Shown: piece by piece, positions 23,911-37,290 of the stretch
How the letters are laid out: every line of letters begins with the position of its first letter
How positions within the stretch are numbered: the stretch's first letter is position 1
Source of the DNA: Candidatus Berkelbacteria bacterium RIFCSPLOWO2_01_FULL_50_28
GTDB taxonomy: Bacteria; Patescibacteriota; UBA1384; 2-12-FULL-50-11
Assembly (NCBI GenBank): GCA_001774395.1
Contig: MEZX01000002.1
Location: forward strand, 559,062-623,061
DNA length: 64,000 nt
Reading direction: 5' to 3'
Translations under genes and position numbers: made by a program
The notes under the pieces: model-generated
The model's input: the letters and a program-made list of their open reading frames with translations, nothing else
Databases searched by the model: none
What the model was told of the DNA's origin: nothing

Positions 23911-26435
23911 TTTGAATCCTGTTCGTCATCTTCAATCACTTCCTGCACGGCATTGTTTAATACTGCCAAAGAGCTGACCGTATCGCCCTTATCTGGGCGG
24001 ATCAGGATTACCCCCGAAGCGTGACGCGACAGCTTCTTGACCGACGAGGCGCTGATTCGAATTATCTGTCCACCGGTGGTGGCAATGACGATATCAGTCG
24101 CTTCTGAATCAAGAACCACCGACGAGGCTAACTCCCCAGTTTTAGTGTTGAGTTTGGCAATTCGTATTCCACTGCCGCCGCGACGTTGGTTACGGAACTC
24201 TTTCATTGATACTTTTTTGCCGACGCCGTTTTGGGAGATCACACAAATGGCCTCGCTGGTTTCGGCGATAACTTCAGTTTCAATCACCTTGTCGTTGCCT
24301 TTAAGTCGAATACCGCGGACTCCGCCAGCGCTACGGCCCATCGGTCGCGCTTCGGACTCGTTGTAAACAATCACCTGAGCGTTGCGCGTGATTTGGGCGA
24401 TCTCGTCCGAGCCGCTGGTTAGCTTCACCCATTTCAGTTGGTCACCTTTTTTCAGTCCCATGGCAACGACACCGGATTTCCGCACGTTTTTGAACATTTC
24501 TACCTTCACTCTTTTAACTGCGCCGTTTTGGGTGGCAAAGAAGAAGAAACTACCCTCTTGCTTATCCTGCGAGGCGGAGATGTTGATGATAGTTGTCACC
24601 TTTTCATCTGGTAGAACGCGGATCAGATTTGGCAGTGCCACGCCCTTGCTCTGACGGCTGGAAGCGGGAATTTCGTACGCCTTGCAGGTAAAAACTCGCC
24701 CAAGGTTGGTAAAGAAGAAGATATCGTCATGCGTCGAGCCGAAGACAATCTGTTCAACAGCGTCGTCGTCACGCGTCGTCATTCCGATGACACCCTTACC
24801 GCCACGACCTTGGCTCTTGTAGGCACTGGAGGCTAAGCGCTTAACGTAATTGCCGCTCGTAAGTGTGATAATGACAGGTTCAATTGGAATTAAATCCAAG
24901 GCCGTTAACTGGCCCAGCGCCTCCGGCCGAATCTCAGTTCGTCGTTCTTCGCCAAATTTTTCTTTTATTTCGGCTAACTCTTGTTTGATAATTGTCTGAA
25001 CACGCGCTGGCTTAGAGAGAATATCTTCCAAATCGGCGATAAGCTTCAAGACCTCTTCGTACTCGTCGTAAATCTTCTGGCGCTCAAGGTTGGCCAGTTG
25101 CGATAGACGCATGTCCAAAATGGCGTTAGCCTGTAGCTCGCTTAGCTTGTAGGTTTCCATCAAGCCCTTCTTGGCCGCGTCACGATCGGCCGAATTACGA
25201 ATTAGGGCGATAATAGCGTCAAGGTGATCGAGGGCAATTTTCAACCCTTCTAAGATGTGAGCCCGGGCTTTGGCAATCTTTAGTTCAAACTCGGTCCGGC
25301 GAGTGATTACCGTCACACGATGGGCCAAAAATTCGCTCAAAATTTCACTGACGTTTAGGAGCTTGGGCTGTAACCCATCGATAAGTGCCACCATATTGTA
25401 GTGGACGACGGTTTGCAGCTCGGTTAACTCGTAAAGTTGGTTGAGGATTTTTGAGGCAATAGCGCCAAGTTTTAGCTCGATTACCACGCGGACGCCGTGC
25501 TCGCGGTCCGACTCGTCTCTAATATCCGACAAGCCCTCGAGCCGTTTGGATTTTACCAAATCGGCAATGTGAGTGATAAAGTTGGCCTTGTTTGTTTGGT
25601 AGGGCAGTTCGCTAACGATAATGCGACTCCGGTTCTTTTCCTCTTCTATTTCCGCTCTGCCACGCACAACTACTCTGCCCCGACCGGTCGAGAGCGCCTC
25701 ACGCATCTCGGCAGCGTTATAGGCAATTGCTCCGGTGGGAAAGTCCGGCCCCTTCACTATGTCTAGTAGTTCATCGAGCTCGGCGTCCGGCTTTTCGAGC
25801 AACACTACCAAGGCGTCAATTATTTCATTTAAATTATGCGGGGGAATATTAGTCGCCATGCCAACTGCGATGCCTTGGCTGCCGTTAACAAGCAAGTTCG
25901 GCAAACGAGTCGGTAGGACCATCGGCTCGCTTTGCGTGCCGTCGTAGTTCTCTTGCCAATCCACCGTTTCTTTGTCGATATCAAGCAACATTGTTTCGGC
26001 GGCGGCAGCCATTCGCGCTTCGGTGTAACGCATGGCGGCCGGCGGGTCGCCGTCCATCGAACCGAAGTTTCCTTGGCCGTTAATTAGCGGCAACCGTAAG
26101 CTCCACCACTGCGCCATTCGCGCCATGGCGTCGTAAATCGCGGAGTCGCCGTGAGGGTGAAACAGACCCATAACTTGTCCGACGATTTTGGCGGACTTCT
26201 GGTGTTTGGCACCGGCCGACAGACCCATCTCGCGCATTACATAAAGAATACGACGTTGCACAGGCTTCAGTCCGTCACGAATGTCCGGCAGAGCTCGAGC
26301 AACTATGACCGACATCGCGTAATCCAAATACGACTCGGACATCTCCTGATGAATTGAGCGCGGTTTGATCACCCCGAAGTTAGTTTTTTCAGGAAGTGAT
26401 TCGGGATCGGGTTGTATTATTTTTTCGTCTGCCAT
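23907..26435 (-). CDS. gyrA: DNA gyrase subunit A
   Basis: HPHGDS, AAMRYTE, GyrA box QGRGGKG, C-terminal repeats. Confidence 0.98.
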   Translation of the reverse strand: MADEKIIQPDPESLPEKTNFGVIKPRSIHQEMSESYLDYAMSVIVARALPDIRDGLKPVQRRILYVMREMGLSAGAKHQKSAKIVGQVMGLFHPHGDSAIYDAMARMAQWWSLRLPLINGQGNFGSMDGDPPAAMRYTEARMAAAAETMLLDIDKETVDWQENYDGTQSEPMVLPTRLPNLLVNGSQGIAVGMATNIPPHNLNEIIDALVVLLEKPDAELDELLDIVKGPDFPTGAIAYNAAEMREALSTGRGRVVVRGRAEIEEEKNRSRIIVSELPYQTNKANFITHIADLVKSKRLEGLSDIRDESDREHGVRVVIELKLGAIASKILNQLYELTELQTVVHYNMVALIDGLQPKLLNVSEILSEFLAHRVTVITRRTEFELKIAKARAHILEGLKIALDHLDAIIALIRNSADRDAAKKGLMETYKLSELQANAILDMRLSQLANLERQKIYDEYEEVLKLIADLEDILSKPARVQTIIKQELAEIKEKFGEERRTEIRPEALGQLTALDLIPIEPVIITLTSGNYVKRLASSAYKSQGRGGKGVIGMTTRDDDAVEQIVFGSTHDDIFFFTNLGRVFTCKAYEIPASSRQSKGVALPNLIRVLPDEKVTTIINISASQDKQEGSFFFFATQNGAVKRVKVEMFKNVRKSGVVAMGLKKGDQLKWVKLTSGSDEIAQITRNAQVIVYNESEARPMGRSAGGVRGIRLKGNDKVIETEVIAETSEAICVISQNGVGKKVSMKEFRNQRRGGSGIRIAKLNTKTGELASSVVLDSEATDIVIATTGGQIIRISASSVKKLSRHASGVILIRPDKGDTVSSLAVLNNAVQEVIEDDEQDSK

Positions 26436-26454
26436 CACTTCAATCCTCCGGATT

Positions 26455-26540
26455 GAACAATTATCAATTTATAATTATCAATTATCAAACCTCCCAATTT
26501 GAAATATTTTGAAAACTGAAAATTGAAAATTGAAAACTGC
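26455..26540. repeat. AT-rich heptamer inverted-repeat tract
   Basis: TTATCAA units followed by TGAAAA(T/C) x4 between gyrB and gyrA. Confidence 0.65.
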
Positions 26541-26541
26541 A

Positions 26542-28500
<1,959 letters not shown>

Positions 28501-28568
28501 TTAAAATGTACCAGTTATCAACTGTGTAGTCGGCCCCAAATTGCTGGCCAATCGCCGGAAAACTAAGC

Positions 28569-29672
28569 CTAATGAGAAGTCTGAGATTCAACAATCTGCT
28601 TAATTTTTTCTTTGAATATTTTTGCGTCAAATTGTAGTGCTACAGCGCGGATTTTTTCCGGATTGTACTTTTTCACGTCGAAGTTTTTGAGCACAGCAAC
28701 TAACGATTCAACCGTCTGTTCCTGGAAGAATTCGCCGGTCACGCCCGGCAGAACGGATTCCAAAGCTCCGCCCGCCGCGTATGCAATCACCGGACGGCCG
28801 GAGGCCATCGACTCGAGTGGCGTGATGCCCGCATCCTCAAGCTGCGGATGAATAAGTGCGATGCAGTTTGCGTATAGGCCGGCGAGCTCCGGGTCGGGTA
28901 CGCGCCCGACAAACTCCACCGTTGGACCGGCAAGCTTTTTCAGCTCGTCTAGATGCGAGCCACCACCCACAACTTTCAATTTCAAGCCCAACTTCGTTGC
29001 CGCCAAAATAGCTAAATCTGTTCGTTTGTATGGCTCGGTGCGGCCGAGAACCAAAAAGTAGTCACCCGTTTTGTCGGCTATTTCAAACATCGATGTGTCA
29101 ACTGGTGGAAAGAATACTGTATCCGCCGTGCGACCGTAGTACTTTTTCGTTTCCGCGGCAATAAAATGCGAATTGGCGATCAGATAGTCCGGCCGTTTGC
29201 TTGCTTGCAAATCCCATTTCCGAACTTGTTCGGTGATGGCTCGAACAACGGGCCGCCCAATAAATGGCAACGGTATCGAAGCGTTGGCTAGATACTCATC
29301 TCTATCGCGAGTCAGGTAGCGAGTGGGGGTGTGCAAATAGCAAACGTGTTTAGTTGGCGGTTTGGTAATAACGCCTTTTTCAAACGACGAGCAGTCCGAA
29401 AGCACAACGTCAAAATCGCTAAAGTTAAACGACTCAATCGCTTTTGGCAGAAACGGCAAGTAGTATTTTCTGCCCGCTGGCATGCCCGGCCAGTCTTGCA
29501 AAAAGCTTGGGATGATTATTCTACCCGGCAGAAACTCGTCGATCAGTTTCTGATCTTTAGCTAGCAAATAAATCGGCGCTTCAGGCCAAATTTCACTGAA
29601 TGTTTTTAAAACTCGTTCCGCCCCACCCCATTGGGTAAAAAAGCCGTGGACCAACGCAATTTTCATAACCAT
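28569..29672 (-). CDS. Glycosyltransferase family 4
   Basis: GGAERV; EDAGITPLESMASGRPVI. Confidence 0.9.
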   Translation of the reverse strand: MVMKIALVHGFFTQWGGAERVLKTFSEIWPEAPIYLLAKDQKLIDEFLPGRIIIPSFLQDWPGMPAGRKYYLPFLPKAIESFNFSDFDVVLSDCSSFEKGVITKPPTKHVCYLHTPTRYLTRDRDEYLANASIPLPFIGRPVVRAITEQVRKWDLQASKRPDYLIANSHFIAAETKKYYGRTADTVFFPPVDTSMFEIADKTGDYFLVLGRTEPYKRTDLAILAATKLGLKLKVVGGGSHLDELKKLAGPTVEFVGRVPDPELAGLYANCIALIHPQLEDAGITPLESMASGRPVIAYAAGGALESVLPGVTGEFFQEQTVESLVAVLKNFDVKKYNPEKIRAVALQFDAKIFKEKIKQIVESQTSH

Positions 29673-29756
29673 ATTATCTCAGAATTACGCCATTTAACCA
29701 GAAAATCCGCCCATTCGGGCGGACTCTCCGTAAGCTTTATGCGTACGCAACAAGCT

Positions 29757-29960
29757 TTACTTTGCCTTTCTCAACATTGGGAGACCTGTGCGAGCGTTCT
29801 CCATAACTTCATAACCTGCTGGGACGGCGTCCATCGCGCCTTCACGCACGTCTTGCGCAAAGTAGAAGATCTTCTGCAGTCGGCCACCGCGTAGGGTGAC
29901 TTCGCGACCGTGGAGGTAGTATGTCTTACCAGACTTTTTTGAAACTGTGCTAAATGCCAT
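29757..29960 (-). CDS. Small basic conserved hypothetical protein (67 aa)
   Basis: AAGGAGGTGA SD before ATG 29960; KTYYLHGREVTLRGG...ENARTGLPMLRK; hairpin TCCGCCC/GGGCGGA downstream. Confidence 0.8.
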   Translation of the reverse strand: MAFSTVSKKSGKTYYLHGREVTLRGGRLQKIFYFAQDVREGAMDAVPAGYEVMENARTGLPMLRKAK

Positions 29961-30084
29961 ATTTCTCACCTCCTTCCCCAAGTTTCTTAATTGCTATTTT
30001 GTCTCACGGCCTAACCTGACCGTACCTGATATACATTACTAACTACCCTGAAGTAACCTGTCAAGCCCTATTTAACCTAGCGTC

Positions 30085-30108
30085 TACACCCGCGGGGTGT
30101 AATATGGT
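30085..30108. repeat. Left REP-like palindrome
   Basis: TACACCCGCGGGGTGTAATATGGT is the exact reverse complement of 30795-30818. Confidence 0.85.
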
Positions 30109-30123
30109 ATTAGATTGTAAGAA

Positions 30124-30795
30124 ATGCCTACTATCAGAAAGAACTCATTAGTTTCGGGACAGACATACCATATCTACACGCGAAGCATTGCCGGCTTTGA
30201 GATTTTTCGATCCCGCGAAGATTTTGAGAGGCTTGTTGTAGGAATGAACTACTACAACTGCTCATCCTCAAGACAAAGATTTTCTACGTATCTGGAGTTG
30301 TCCGCGGAGGCGAAACAGCGAGTCGACGAATCACTCGGTGAGAGCGAACTGGTACAGCTAATAGCATACTGTGTCATGCCAACACACATTCACCTGATCG
30401 TGAAACAGTTGGAAGATAATGGCATCTCAAGGTTCATGAACAACACCCTGAACAGCTTTACCCGGTATTTTAACCTTTCTCACCAACGTCGAGGACCGCT
30501 CTGGGAATCAAGATTTAAGAACGTTCTGGTCGACAATGACGAGCAGCTTCTACATCTAACGAGATACGTTCATCTGAACCCCACATCTGCAGAATTAGTA
30601 ACTAGTCCCGAGGACTGGGAATTCTCCTCTTACCGCCTCTACATAGATTCACAAAATATCCAGACATTTTGTCGCTGGCGAGAATTGATCGACATTCGGC
30701 CTGAGGAGTACAGAAAATTCGCAAGAAGTCGCATTGCCTATCAGCGTAGCTTGTCACAAATAAAACAGCTTCTGATCGACGGCTACACCGGTTGA
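30124..30795 (+). mobile_element. REP-associated tyrosine (HUH/Y1) transposase, RAYT-type
   Basis: YHIYTR, AYCVMPTHIHL (HUH), GPLWESRF, RYVHLNP (catalytic Tyr), WEFSSY; flanked by palindromes. Confidence 0.9.
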
Positions 30796-30825
30796 CCATA
30801 TTACACCCCGCGGGTGTAATATGGT
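30795..30825. repeat. Right REP-like palindrome
   Basis: ACCATATTACACCCCGCGGGTGTAATATGGT, 31 nt near-perfect hairpin beginning at the stop codon. Confidence 0.9.
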
Positions 30826-30923
30826 TTAGAGATGTTAGTTTTGTTCGAAGTATAAAAAAGCCCGAGGCGGCCGTGATTGCTTTCGCCAACTGGCGGAGCA
30901 ACAGCGGACGCGCTCGGGCTTGG

Positions 30924-31292
30924 TCAACTTCGTTCATCAAGTTCGATGCCAAACTCACGAAGCCGATTGCGGATTTCCCAATAGCTCACTGACGAGAAGG
31001 CCTTGATCATCTTCAGCTGGGACTCTGACAGCCCGGCGATTCCCCGGAGTGTCTCAACCTCTGCGCTGAGCAGGGCCGTCATTGCCTTCTTGGAAAATCC
31101 GAGCATCTGGATCGGCAAGTCGGGAATTACCCGCCCTGAGCCAAGCATAGCGTTCCGCGCCCTCTTTCTACTTGCCAGCAGCCTCCTCAGCATCTCGAGC
31201 TCCTTCTCTAGGTACTCGATATTGACGCCCAAGATAGCGCCAAGCTGCCCAGGATACACCAAATCCTCACGACCCTCTAATATTAACTTCAT
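30924..31292 (-). CDS. Stand-alone RNAP alpha-CTD-like protein
   Basis: C-terminus LPIQMLGFSKKAMTALLSAEVETLRGIAGLSESQLKMIKAFSSVSYWEIRNRLREFGIEL follows the alpha-CTD pattern; AGGAGG SD; TTGACT-17-TAGAAT at 31351-31323. Confidence 0.65.
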   Translation of the reverse strand: MKLILEGREDLVYPGQLGAILGVNIEYLEKELEMLRRLLASRKRARNAMLGSGRVIPDLPIQMLGFSKKAMTALLSAEVETLRGIAGLSESQLKMIKAFSSVSYWEIRNRLREFGIELDERS

Positions 31293-31388
31293 GTTCACAA
31301 CCCTCCTGTAGGTTACACGCAGATTCTAGCACAGTTCACCTTACAAGTCAAGGGAGATACGAGTGATCTTCGGGTATAATGCAAAGCC

Positions 31389-33398
31389 ATGAAATTTGAG
31401 TTAGCAACCGACATGAAACCGGCCGGCGATCAGCCAAAAGCAATTAAGTCGTTGGTGAAAGGGATTAAAAAAGGACTGAAACATCAGGTACTTTTGGGCG
31501 TGACTGGCTCGGGAAAAACTTTCACCGCCGCTAATGTTATCGTTCAAGTTCAGAAACCAACCCTAGTGATCGCCCATAATAAAACCCTGGCAGCCCAACT
31601 TACAAGCGAGTTTCGGCATTTCTTCCCTAAAAACGCCGTTGAGTATTTCGTTAGTTACTACGACTACTACCAACCCGAGGCGTACATGCCCAACTCCGAT
31701 ACATATATAGAAAAGGAAGCCCAGATCAACGACGAGATCGATCGCTTGCGTCACGCCGCTACCCAGGCCGTCCTCTCGCGTCGGGACGTGATTATCGTCG
31801 CTTCGGTTTCCTGCATTTACGGCCTCGGCTCAGCCGAAGAGTACCAAAAGGCAACTTTAGTTCTAACGAAAGGTGAAAAAGTAGATCGTGATGCGATTTT
31901 GGCCAAGCTCGTCTTCTTGCAGTACCAACGGAATGATGTTGAACTGGCCCGCGGCGATTTCCGAGCCCGAGGTGAGATTATTGAAGTAATGCCGTCGAAT
32001 GCTACTACTTTAATTCGCATCAAACTTGATGGCGACAGTATCACCGACATTCAGGAACTTGATCACGTTACCGGCGGCGTTACAGCTACACCGCGCTTTG
32101 TGGTAATTTACCCGTCGCGACATTTTGTGACCCCGCCAGAGCAAATTAAAGGAGCGTTGAAGTCGATCGAGACCGAGTTGAAAGACCGGCTCAAAGTACT
32201 GGAGAAAGAGAATAAGGGCATCGAGGCCGATCGCCTGACTCGCCGCACTCTATACGACATGGAGATGATTCGCGAAGTCGGTTACTGCAACGGCATTGAA
32301 AACTACTCCCGCCACTTTGACGGACGCGCCCCCGGCGCCACTCCCAATACATTACTGAACTATTTTCCGGAGGACTTCCTAACTATTATCGACGAATCGC
32401 ACGTCACCGTGCCGCAGATCGGTGGCATGTTCAACGGCGACAAAGCGCGCAAAGAGGTATTAGTCGACTACGGTTTCCGCCTGCCCTCAGCCAAAGACAA
32501 CCGTCCCTTGCGTTTTGCTGAGTTTGAAAAAAAAGTTGGTCAGACTGTTTACACCTCAGCCACACCGGGCAACTACGAACTTGAGAAAACTGAACAGACC
32601 GTCGAGCAAGTTATTCGGCCAACGGGCCTCGTCGACCCGGAAATTATCATCCGTCCGCTGGATAACCAAGTGGGTGATCTGATGGAACGGGCCAAAGAGC
32701 GCGTTAAACGCGAACAACGAGTTTTGATCACAACTCTCACCAAAAAGATGGCTGAAGATCTGACCGATTACTTTACCGAGCAAGGCATCCGCGTTCGTTA
32801 TCTACACTCTGGCATTGAAACATTGGAACGTATTGAAATATTGCGTGAACTGCGCAAAGGCACGTTTGATGTATTGGTCGGTGTCAACCTCCTGCGCGAA
32901 GGTTTGGATCTGCCAGAAGTCTCGCTCGTGGGGATTCTTGATGCCGATAAAGAAGGCTTTTTGCGCTCAGATCGGTCGTTAATTCAAACCATCGGCCGTG
33001 CCGCCCGCAATGTTCAGGGCCAGGTTGTCCTGTACGCCGATATCATGACCGGATCACTGACGCGGGCGATCGATGAAACTAACCGCCGGCGAGAGATTCA
33101 AGTAGCGCACAACAAAAAACACGGCATCACCCCAACGACTATTTCCAAAGAGATCACTTCGATTGTTGAGCAGGAGTTGGCGGAGTCGGTTGGCTTGGAC
33201 AAGATCGAAACACAGCTGGCCAAGAGCAACATCGAATCGCTGATTAAAGACAAAGAGCGCAGTATGAAACTCGCCGCTCAGGAGCTGCAGTTCGAACTGG
33301 CCGCCATTCTGCGCGATGAAGTGATTAAGCTCAAAAAAATGCAGAAGGAGCGCCAAAAGACGGCCTCCTCTCTTGACTTTGAGACCAAATCAGGGTAG
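31389..33398 (+). CDS. uvrB: Excinuclease ABC subunit B
   Basis: [32 protein letters not shown]. Confidence 0.99.
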   Translation: MKFELATDMKPAGDQPKAIKSLVKGIKKGLKHQVLLGVTGSGKTFTAANVIVQVQKPTLVIAHNKTLAAQLTSEFRHFFPKNAVEYFVSYYDYYQPEAYMPNSDTYIEKEAQINDEIDRLRHAATQAVLSRRDVIIVASVSCIYGLGSAEEYQKATLVLTKGEKVDRDAILAKLVFLQYQRNDVELARGDFRARGEIIEVMPSNATTLIRIKLDGDSITDIQELDHVTGGVTATPRFVVIYPSRHFVTPPEQIKGALKSIETELKDRLKVLEKENKGIEADRLTRRTLYDMEMIREVGYCNGIENYSRHFDGRAPGATPNTLLNYFPEDFLTIIDESHVTVPQIGGMFNGDKARKEVLVDYGFRLPSAKDNRPLRFAEFEKKVGQTVYTSATPGNYELEKTEQTVEQVIRPTGLVDPEIIIRPLDNQVGDLMERAKERVKREQRVLITTLTKKMAEDLTDYFTEQGIRVRYLHSGIETLERIEILRELRKGTFDVLVGVNLLREGLDLPEVSLVGILDADKEGFLRSDRSLIQTIGRAARNVQGQVVLYADIMTGSLTRAIDETNRRREIQVAHNKKHGITPTTISKEITSIVEQELAESVGLDKIETQLAKSNIESLIKDKERSMKLAAQELQFELAAILRDEVIKLKKMQKERQKTASSLDFETKSG

Positions 33399-33401
33399 AA
33401 T
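33373..33401 (+). promoter_or_regulatory. Sigma70 promoter overlapping the uvrB 3' end
   Basis: TTGACT-17-TAGAAT; the TAG of the -10 box is the uvrB stop. Confidence 0.6.
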
Positions 33402-33434
33402 AGTCGCACGCTCTAAGAGCGAAGGAGGCCTTAA

Positions 33435-33713
33435 ATGCCCCCGTGCGTTGCCCGGGATGTCCGTAGGCTGCAGGCTGTTTCAGCGCTGCTAGTCGGACTC
33501 CCCCAGACTCCACAGATCGCATTCGCCCGTCAGCAAGTGGACGAGCTGATTCTCGACCTCAGTGGCGAGTGCGTCAACGTTGCCACGATGGCGATGTGTT
33601 ACGTCAACATGAGCGAAGTGCTCGTCAGTTTGAGCCAGTTTGCACCTGGCAACGAGGCAGCGTCCTCGATCATCCGCCGGGAGTTCTTTCGGCAGCAAGA
33701 AGTCAGGCACTAG
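33435..33713 (+). CDS. Hypothetical protein (92 aa)
   Basis: AAGGAGG SD, own promoter, terminator at 33724-33762. Confidence 0.6.
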   Translation: MPPCVARDVRRLQAVSALLVGLPQTPQIAFARQQVDELILDLSGECVNVATMAMCYVNMSEVLVSLSQFAPGNEAASSIIRREFFRQQEVRH

Positions 33714-33723
33714 CCCGTCATTC

Positions 33724-33762
33724 AAAGGGCCGCCAAGCGAAAGCGCGGTGGCCCTTTCTTTT
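33724..33762 (+). terminator. Rho-independent terminator
   Basis: AAAGGGCCGCC/GGTGGCCCTTT plus T-rich tail. Confidence 0.65.
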
Positions 33763-33817
33763 GCTTGACTTTTTCACCTAGCCATTGCAGGATGAAGCCA
33801 AGAAGGAGGAAAAAACA

Positions 33818-34186
33818 ATGACCGAAACTGAAGATTTTGAAGCCCATGGAATGCATATTGAGGAAGTGCCCGTTGAAGCAATACCAGAGATCCCTACAGA
33901 GGGCAGTGGTTTTCAGCGCTTTGCCGAACAAGCCACGAGAGAGTTGGGAAGAAAAGATCTTGACTACGGTAAAGTTGCCCAGGAGCTGATGGCAAAAGGG
34001 GTTATGCCCGGAACAGGAGCATTTGTTAGAGGCATTCTGGATGCGCTACATATAGAAGATGACAAAGCGCGTGATTTCATCGTCAATGGCCTGATGAGTG
34101 ATGCTCGCGAGCGTTCTGATGAAAGTCGTCCCGAAATGGAGGAAGCTCTCGGTAAAATTGCAGACCACGAAAACCCGGATAAATAA
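33818..34186 (+). CDS. Acidic hypothetical protein (122 aa)
   Basis: AAGGAGG SD before ATG 33818; protein-like helical composition. Confidence 0.65.
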   Translation: MTETEDFEAHGMHIEEVPVEAIPEIPTEGSGFQRFAEQATRELGRKDLDYGKVAQELMAKGVMPGTGAFVRGILDALHIEDDKARDFIVNGLMSDARERSDESRPEMEEALGKIADHENPDK

Positions 34187-34241
34187 AGCAAAGTAACTTA
34201 GCGGTCCTCACTTTCGGGATTTGTCTGGTACAATTGGGTTT

Positions 34242-34370
34242 ATGCCCAAAGAGGATGTGATTTTTGTTAAAGGTGCGCGCGAGCACCCACGCACCAAACT
34301 TTCCAGCAAAACGGACTTCGTCCTGTTATTGCGTGGAGCGGTTGATGCGGGGCAAGTAATCCTAAGATGA
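34242..34370 (+). other. 42-codon upstream ORF repeating the UvrA N-terminus and containing a hairpin insert; ATGA-coupled to uvrA
   Basis: [19 protein letters not shown]... vs Uvr[16 protein letters not shown]; TACAAT lies 7 nt before its ATG. Confidence 0.7.
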
Positions 34371-37243
34371 CCGATCAAGACAGAATATTCGTCAAGGGAG
34401 CTCGAGAGCATAATTTAAAAAATATTGACTTAGAGATTCCGCGCAACAAGCTCGTTGTCTTTACCGGACTCTCTGGGTCCGGCAAGTCGTCGTTAGCATT
34501 CGACACGATTTATGCCGAAGGACAACGCCGCTACATGGAATCGCTCTCAAGTTACGCTCGACAATTTTTGGGTCAGATGGAAAAACCCGATGTTGATTAC
34601 ATTGAAGGACTCTCTCCCGCCATCTCTATCGACCAAAAAACTGTTTCCCACAACCCGCGCTCAACAGTTGGCACTGTGACCGAAATTCACGACTACCTGC
34701 GCTTGCTTTTCGCCCGCATCGGCGTCCCGTACTGCCCCGCTTGTGGCCGAGTAATCTCCCGCCAAACAGTCGATCAGATGGTTGACTTAATAGGTACGCT
34801 ACCAGAAGGCACCCGAATTACTGTGATGGCGCCGGTGGTGCGCGGTCGCAAGGGCGAGTACAACCAGCTTTTGGCCGATCTGCACCGCGGTGGTTTTGGG
34901 TCAGTGCGCGTGAACGGCGAGATCTACTCACTCTCCGACTCGATCAAAATGGATCGTTACAAAGCCCATAACATCGAGGTAATAATTGACCGCCTGACGG
35001 CCGGCATATCTTCACGCCAACGCCTTACTGACGCTCTAGAAACTGGCCTCAAACTTAGCAAGGGGTTGGTAATAATTTCCCAAGAGCATAAGAACGATGA
35101 GCTGCTGCTTAGTGAAGATCTATCGTGCCCGTACGACGGCTTTTCCCTCGGCGAAATTAGCCCGCGTTCATTTTCTTTCAACTCGCCGTACGGTGCCTGC
35201 GCCGATTGCCACGGCCTGGGCTACAAAAAAGAAATTTCAGAGGAGCTGATTATTCCCGATAAAACGAAAACCATTGTCGAAGGCGGCATTATGCCTTGGA
35301 CGTTTTCAGCCGTAAACTACTACGGAATACTATTAAAAAATGCCGCCGAGCATTTTAATCTTTCGATTGACACGCCGATTAAAGACTTGGATGAAGATCA
35401 ACTGAAGAAAGTGCTTTACGGTACCGGCACACCGTTCCAAATGCGCTTGCGTTACTATTCGGCCGGCGTTGCCCACCACTTCCATGTTGGTTTTAAGGGG
35501 CTCATTGCTCATCTTGAATCGCGCTATCGCGAGACGGACTCGGAAATGGTACGAGAACAAATAGAAAGATATATGCTAACCTCACCGTGCAACTCCTGCC
35601 AGGGCGCTCGTTTGAACAAGGAGGCGTTACTGGTACGGCTGGGCCACCCTTCGACTCCCGATGGTCGCTCAGGGTCTACGAAAAATATCGCCGAAGTTTC
35701 TGCCCTAACAATAGACCGAGCAAGAAAGTATTTTGATGAACTAAAACTAAACAAGCGCGAATCTGCAATTGCCGGCAAAGTCATTGATGAAATTCGAAGC
35801 CGACTGGAGTTTTTAGGTAAAGTTGGCTTGGATTATCTAACGCTTGATCGCTCTGCCACAACGCTGGCCGGTGGCGAGAGTCAACGAATTCGCTTGGCCT
35901 CACAGATCGGTTCGGCGTTAGTCGGGATACTTTATGTGCTGGACGAGCCAACTATCGGCTTGCATCCCACCGACAACGCCCGCCTCATCGAAACCCTGGT
36001 ACGGCTGCGCGATTTGGGCAACTCGGTAATTGTCGTCGAACACGACGAAGAAACAATTCGACACGCTGATTTTGTAGTAGACATCGGGCCCGGCGCCGGA
36101 GAGCACGGCGGTGAGATTGTGGCCAGCGGTACATTAGCCGAAGTATTGACTAACAAAAATTCCATAACCGCCCCGTATCTAACTGGTGAAAAAACATTAG
36201 TCGTGCCCTCCCGTCGTGAAATTGCCAAAGGCCATCAGTATCTAACCGTTCACAAAGCCAGCGAGAACAACTTAAAAAATATTTCCGTCAACTTCCCCCT
36301 TGGCCGCTTCATCGCGGTCACGGGCGTGTCTGGATCTGGCAAGTCCACACTTATCACTGAAGTACTATGCAAAGCGGTCAGCCAGAAACTGGGGTATCAA
36401 ACAGATAAACCGGGCCGCCATCAAGACGTCACTGGCACACAATTTTTAGACAAGATAATTGAAATTGATCAGTCCCCCATCGGCCGAACACCGCGTTCAA
36501 ATCCTGCCACCTACACCAAAACTTTTGATCCGATTCGCCAGCTCTTTGCCGCCACTCCCGCCGCTCGCAGTCGCGGTTATAAGCCTGGTCGATTTTCTTT
36601 TAATGTCATTGGGGGCCGTTGCGAGAACTGCCAAGGCGACGGTCAGATCAAAATTGAGATGAATTTCTTGCCTGACGTTTACGTTACCTGCGACGTTTGC
36701 AAAGGCAGCCGCTATAATCGCGAAACTTTGGAGGTTTTGTGGAAGGGTAAAAATGTTTCGCAGGTGCTGAATATGACCGTCGAAGAGAGCTTGGAATTTT
36801 TCGCCAACATTCCCACGATCGCGTCGAAATTGAAGACTATGATGGAAGTTGGCTTGGGCTACGTCCGTTTGGGCCAGCCAGCAACCACGCTATCTGGCGG
36901 TGAAGCTCAACGAATTAAACTTGCAGCGGAGCTGGCCAAGCGCGACACTGGCCATACACTATATATATTGGACGAGCCAACCACTGGCTTGCACTTCGCC
37001 GATGTTGAGCGGTTGCTCATTGTCTTGCAAAAACTAGTTGATCGCGGCAACACAATAATTGTCATCGAGCATAATATGGATGTCGTAAAATCGGCTGATT
37101 GGTTGATCGATCTTGGACCTGGCGGTGGCGAGAAAGGCGGCGAAGTTATCGCTAAAGGTACGCCAGAAGAAGTTAGTCAGAATAAAGATTCTCTGACCGG
37201 GCAGGTCTTAGAGCCGGTTCTGTTTGGAAAAACTAAAAAATAA
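34367..37243 (+). CDS. uvrA: Excinuclease ABC subunit A
   Basis: Two ABC ATPase modules ([18 protein letters not shown]), Zn fingers, LSGGEAQR. Confidence 0.99.
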   Translation: MTDQDRIFVKGAREHNLKNIDLEIPRNKLVVFTGLSGSGKSSLAFDTIYAEGQRRYMESLSSYARQFLGQMEKPDVDYIEGLSPAISIDQKTVSHNPRSTVGTVTEIHDYLRLLFARIGVPYCPACGRVISRQTVDQMVDLIGTLPEGTRITVMAPVVRGRKGEYNQLLADLHRGGFGSVRVNGEIYSLSDSIKMDRYKAHNIEVIIDRLTAGISSRQRLTDALETGLKLSKGLVIISQEHKNDELLLSEDLSCPYDGFSLGEISPRSFSFNSPYGACADCHGLGYKKEISEELIIPDKTKTIVEGGIMPWTFSAVNYYGILLKNAAEHFNLSIDTPIKDLDEDQLKKVLYGTGTPFQMRLRYYSAGVAHHFHVGFKGLIAHLESRYRETDSEMVREQIERYMLTSPCNSCQGARLNKEALLVRLGHPSTPDGRSGSTKNIAEVSALTIDRARKYFDELKLNKRESAIAGKVIDEIRSRLEFLGKVGLDYLTLDRSATTLAGGESQRIRLASQIGSALVGILYVLDEPTIGLHPTDNARLIETLVRLRDLGNSVIVVEHDEETIRHADFVVDIGPGAGEHGGEIVASGTLAEVLTNKNSITAPYLTGEKTLVVPSRREIAKGHQYLTVHKASENNLKNISVNFPLGRFIAVTGVSGSGKSTLITEVLCKAVSQKLGYQTDKPGRHQDVTGTQFLDKIIEIDQSPIGRTPRSNPATYTKTFDPIRQLFAATPAARSRGYKPGRFSFNVIGGRCENCQGDGQIKIEMNFLPDVYVTCDVCKGSRYNRETLEVLWKGKNVSQVLNMTVEESLEFFANIPTIASKLKTMMEVGLGYVRLGQPATTLSGGEAQRIKLAAELAKRDTGHTLYILDEPTTGLHFADVERLLIVLQKLVDRGNTIIVIEHNMDVVKSADWLIDLGPGGGEKGGEVIAKGTPEEVSQNKDSLTGQVLEPVLFGKTKK
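35646..35675. repeat. In-frame palindromic insertion in uvrA
   Basis: ACCCTTCGACT-CCCGATGG-TCGCTCAGGGT (30 nt), read as [10 protein letters not shown]. Confidence 0.8.
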
Positions 37244-37290
37244 AGAAGCGCGGCCCGGGCTTTGCGCCCGAACCGCTGATGAAGGAATCG

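Noticed and set aside
33489-33725. Minus-strand 78-aa ORF
   Set aside because: The plus-strand ORF 33435-33713 has the promoter, SD and terminator.
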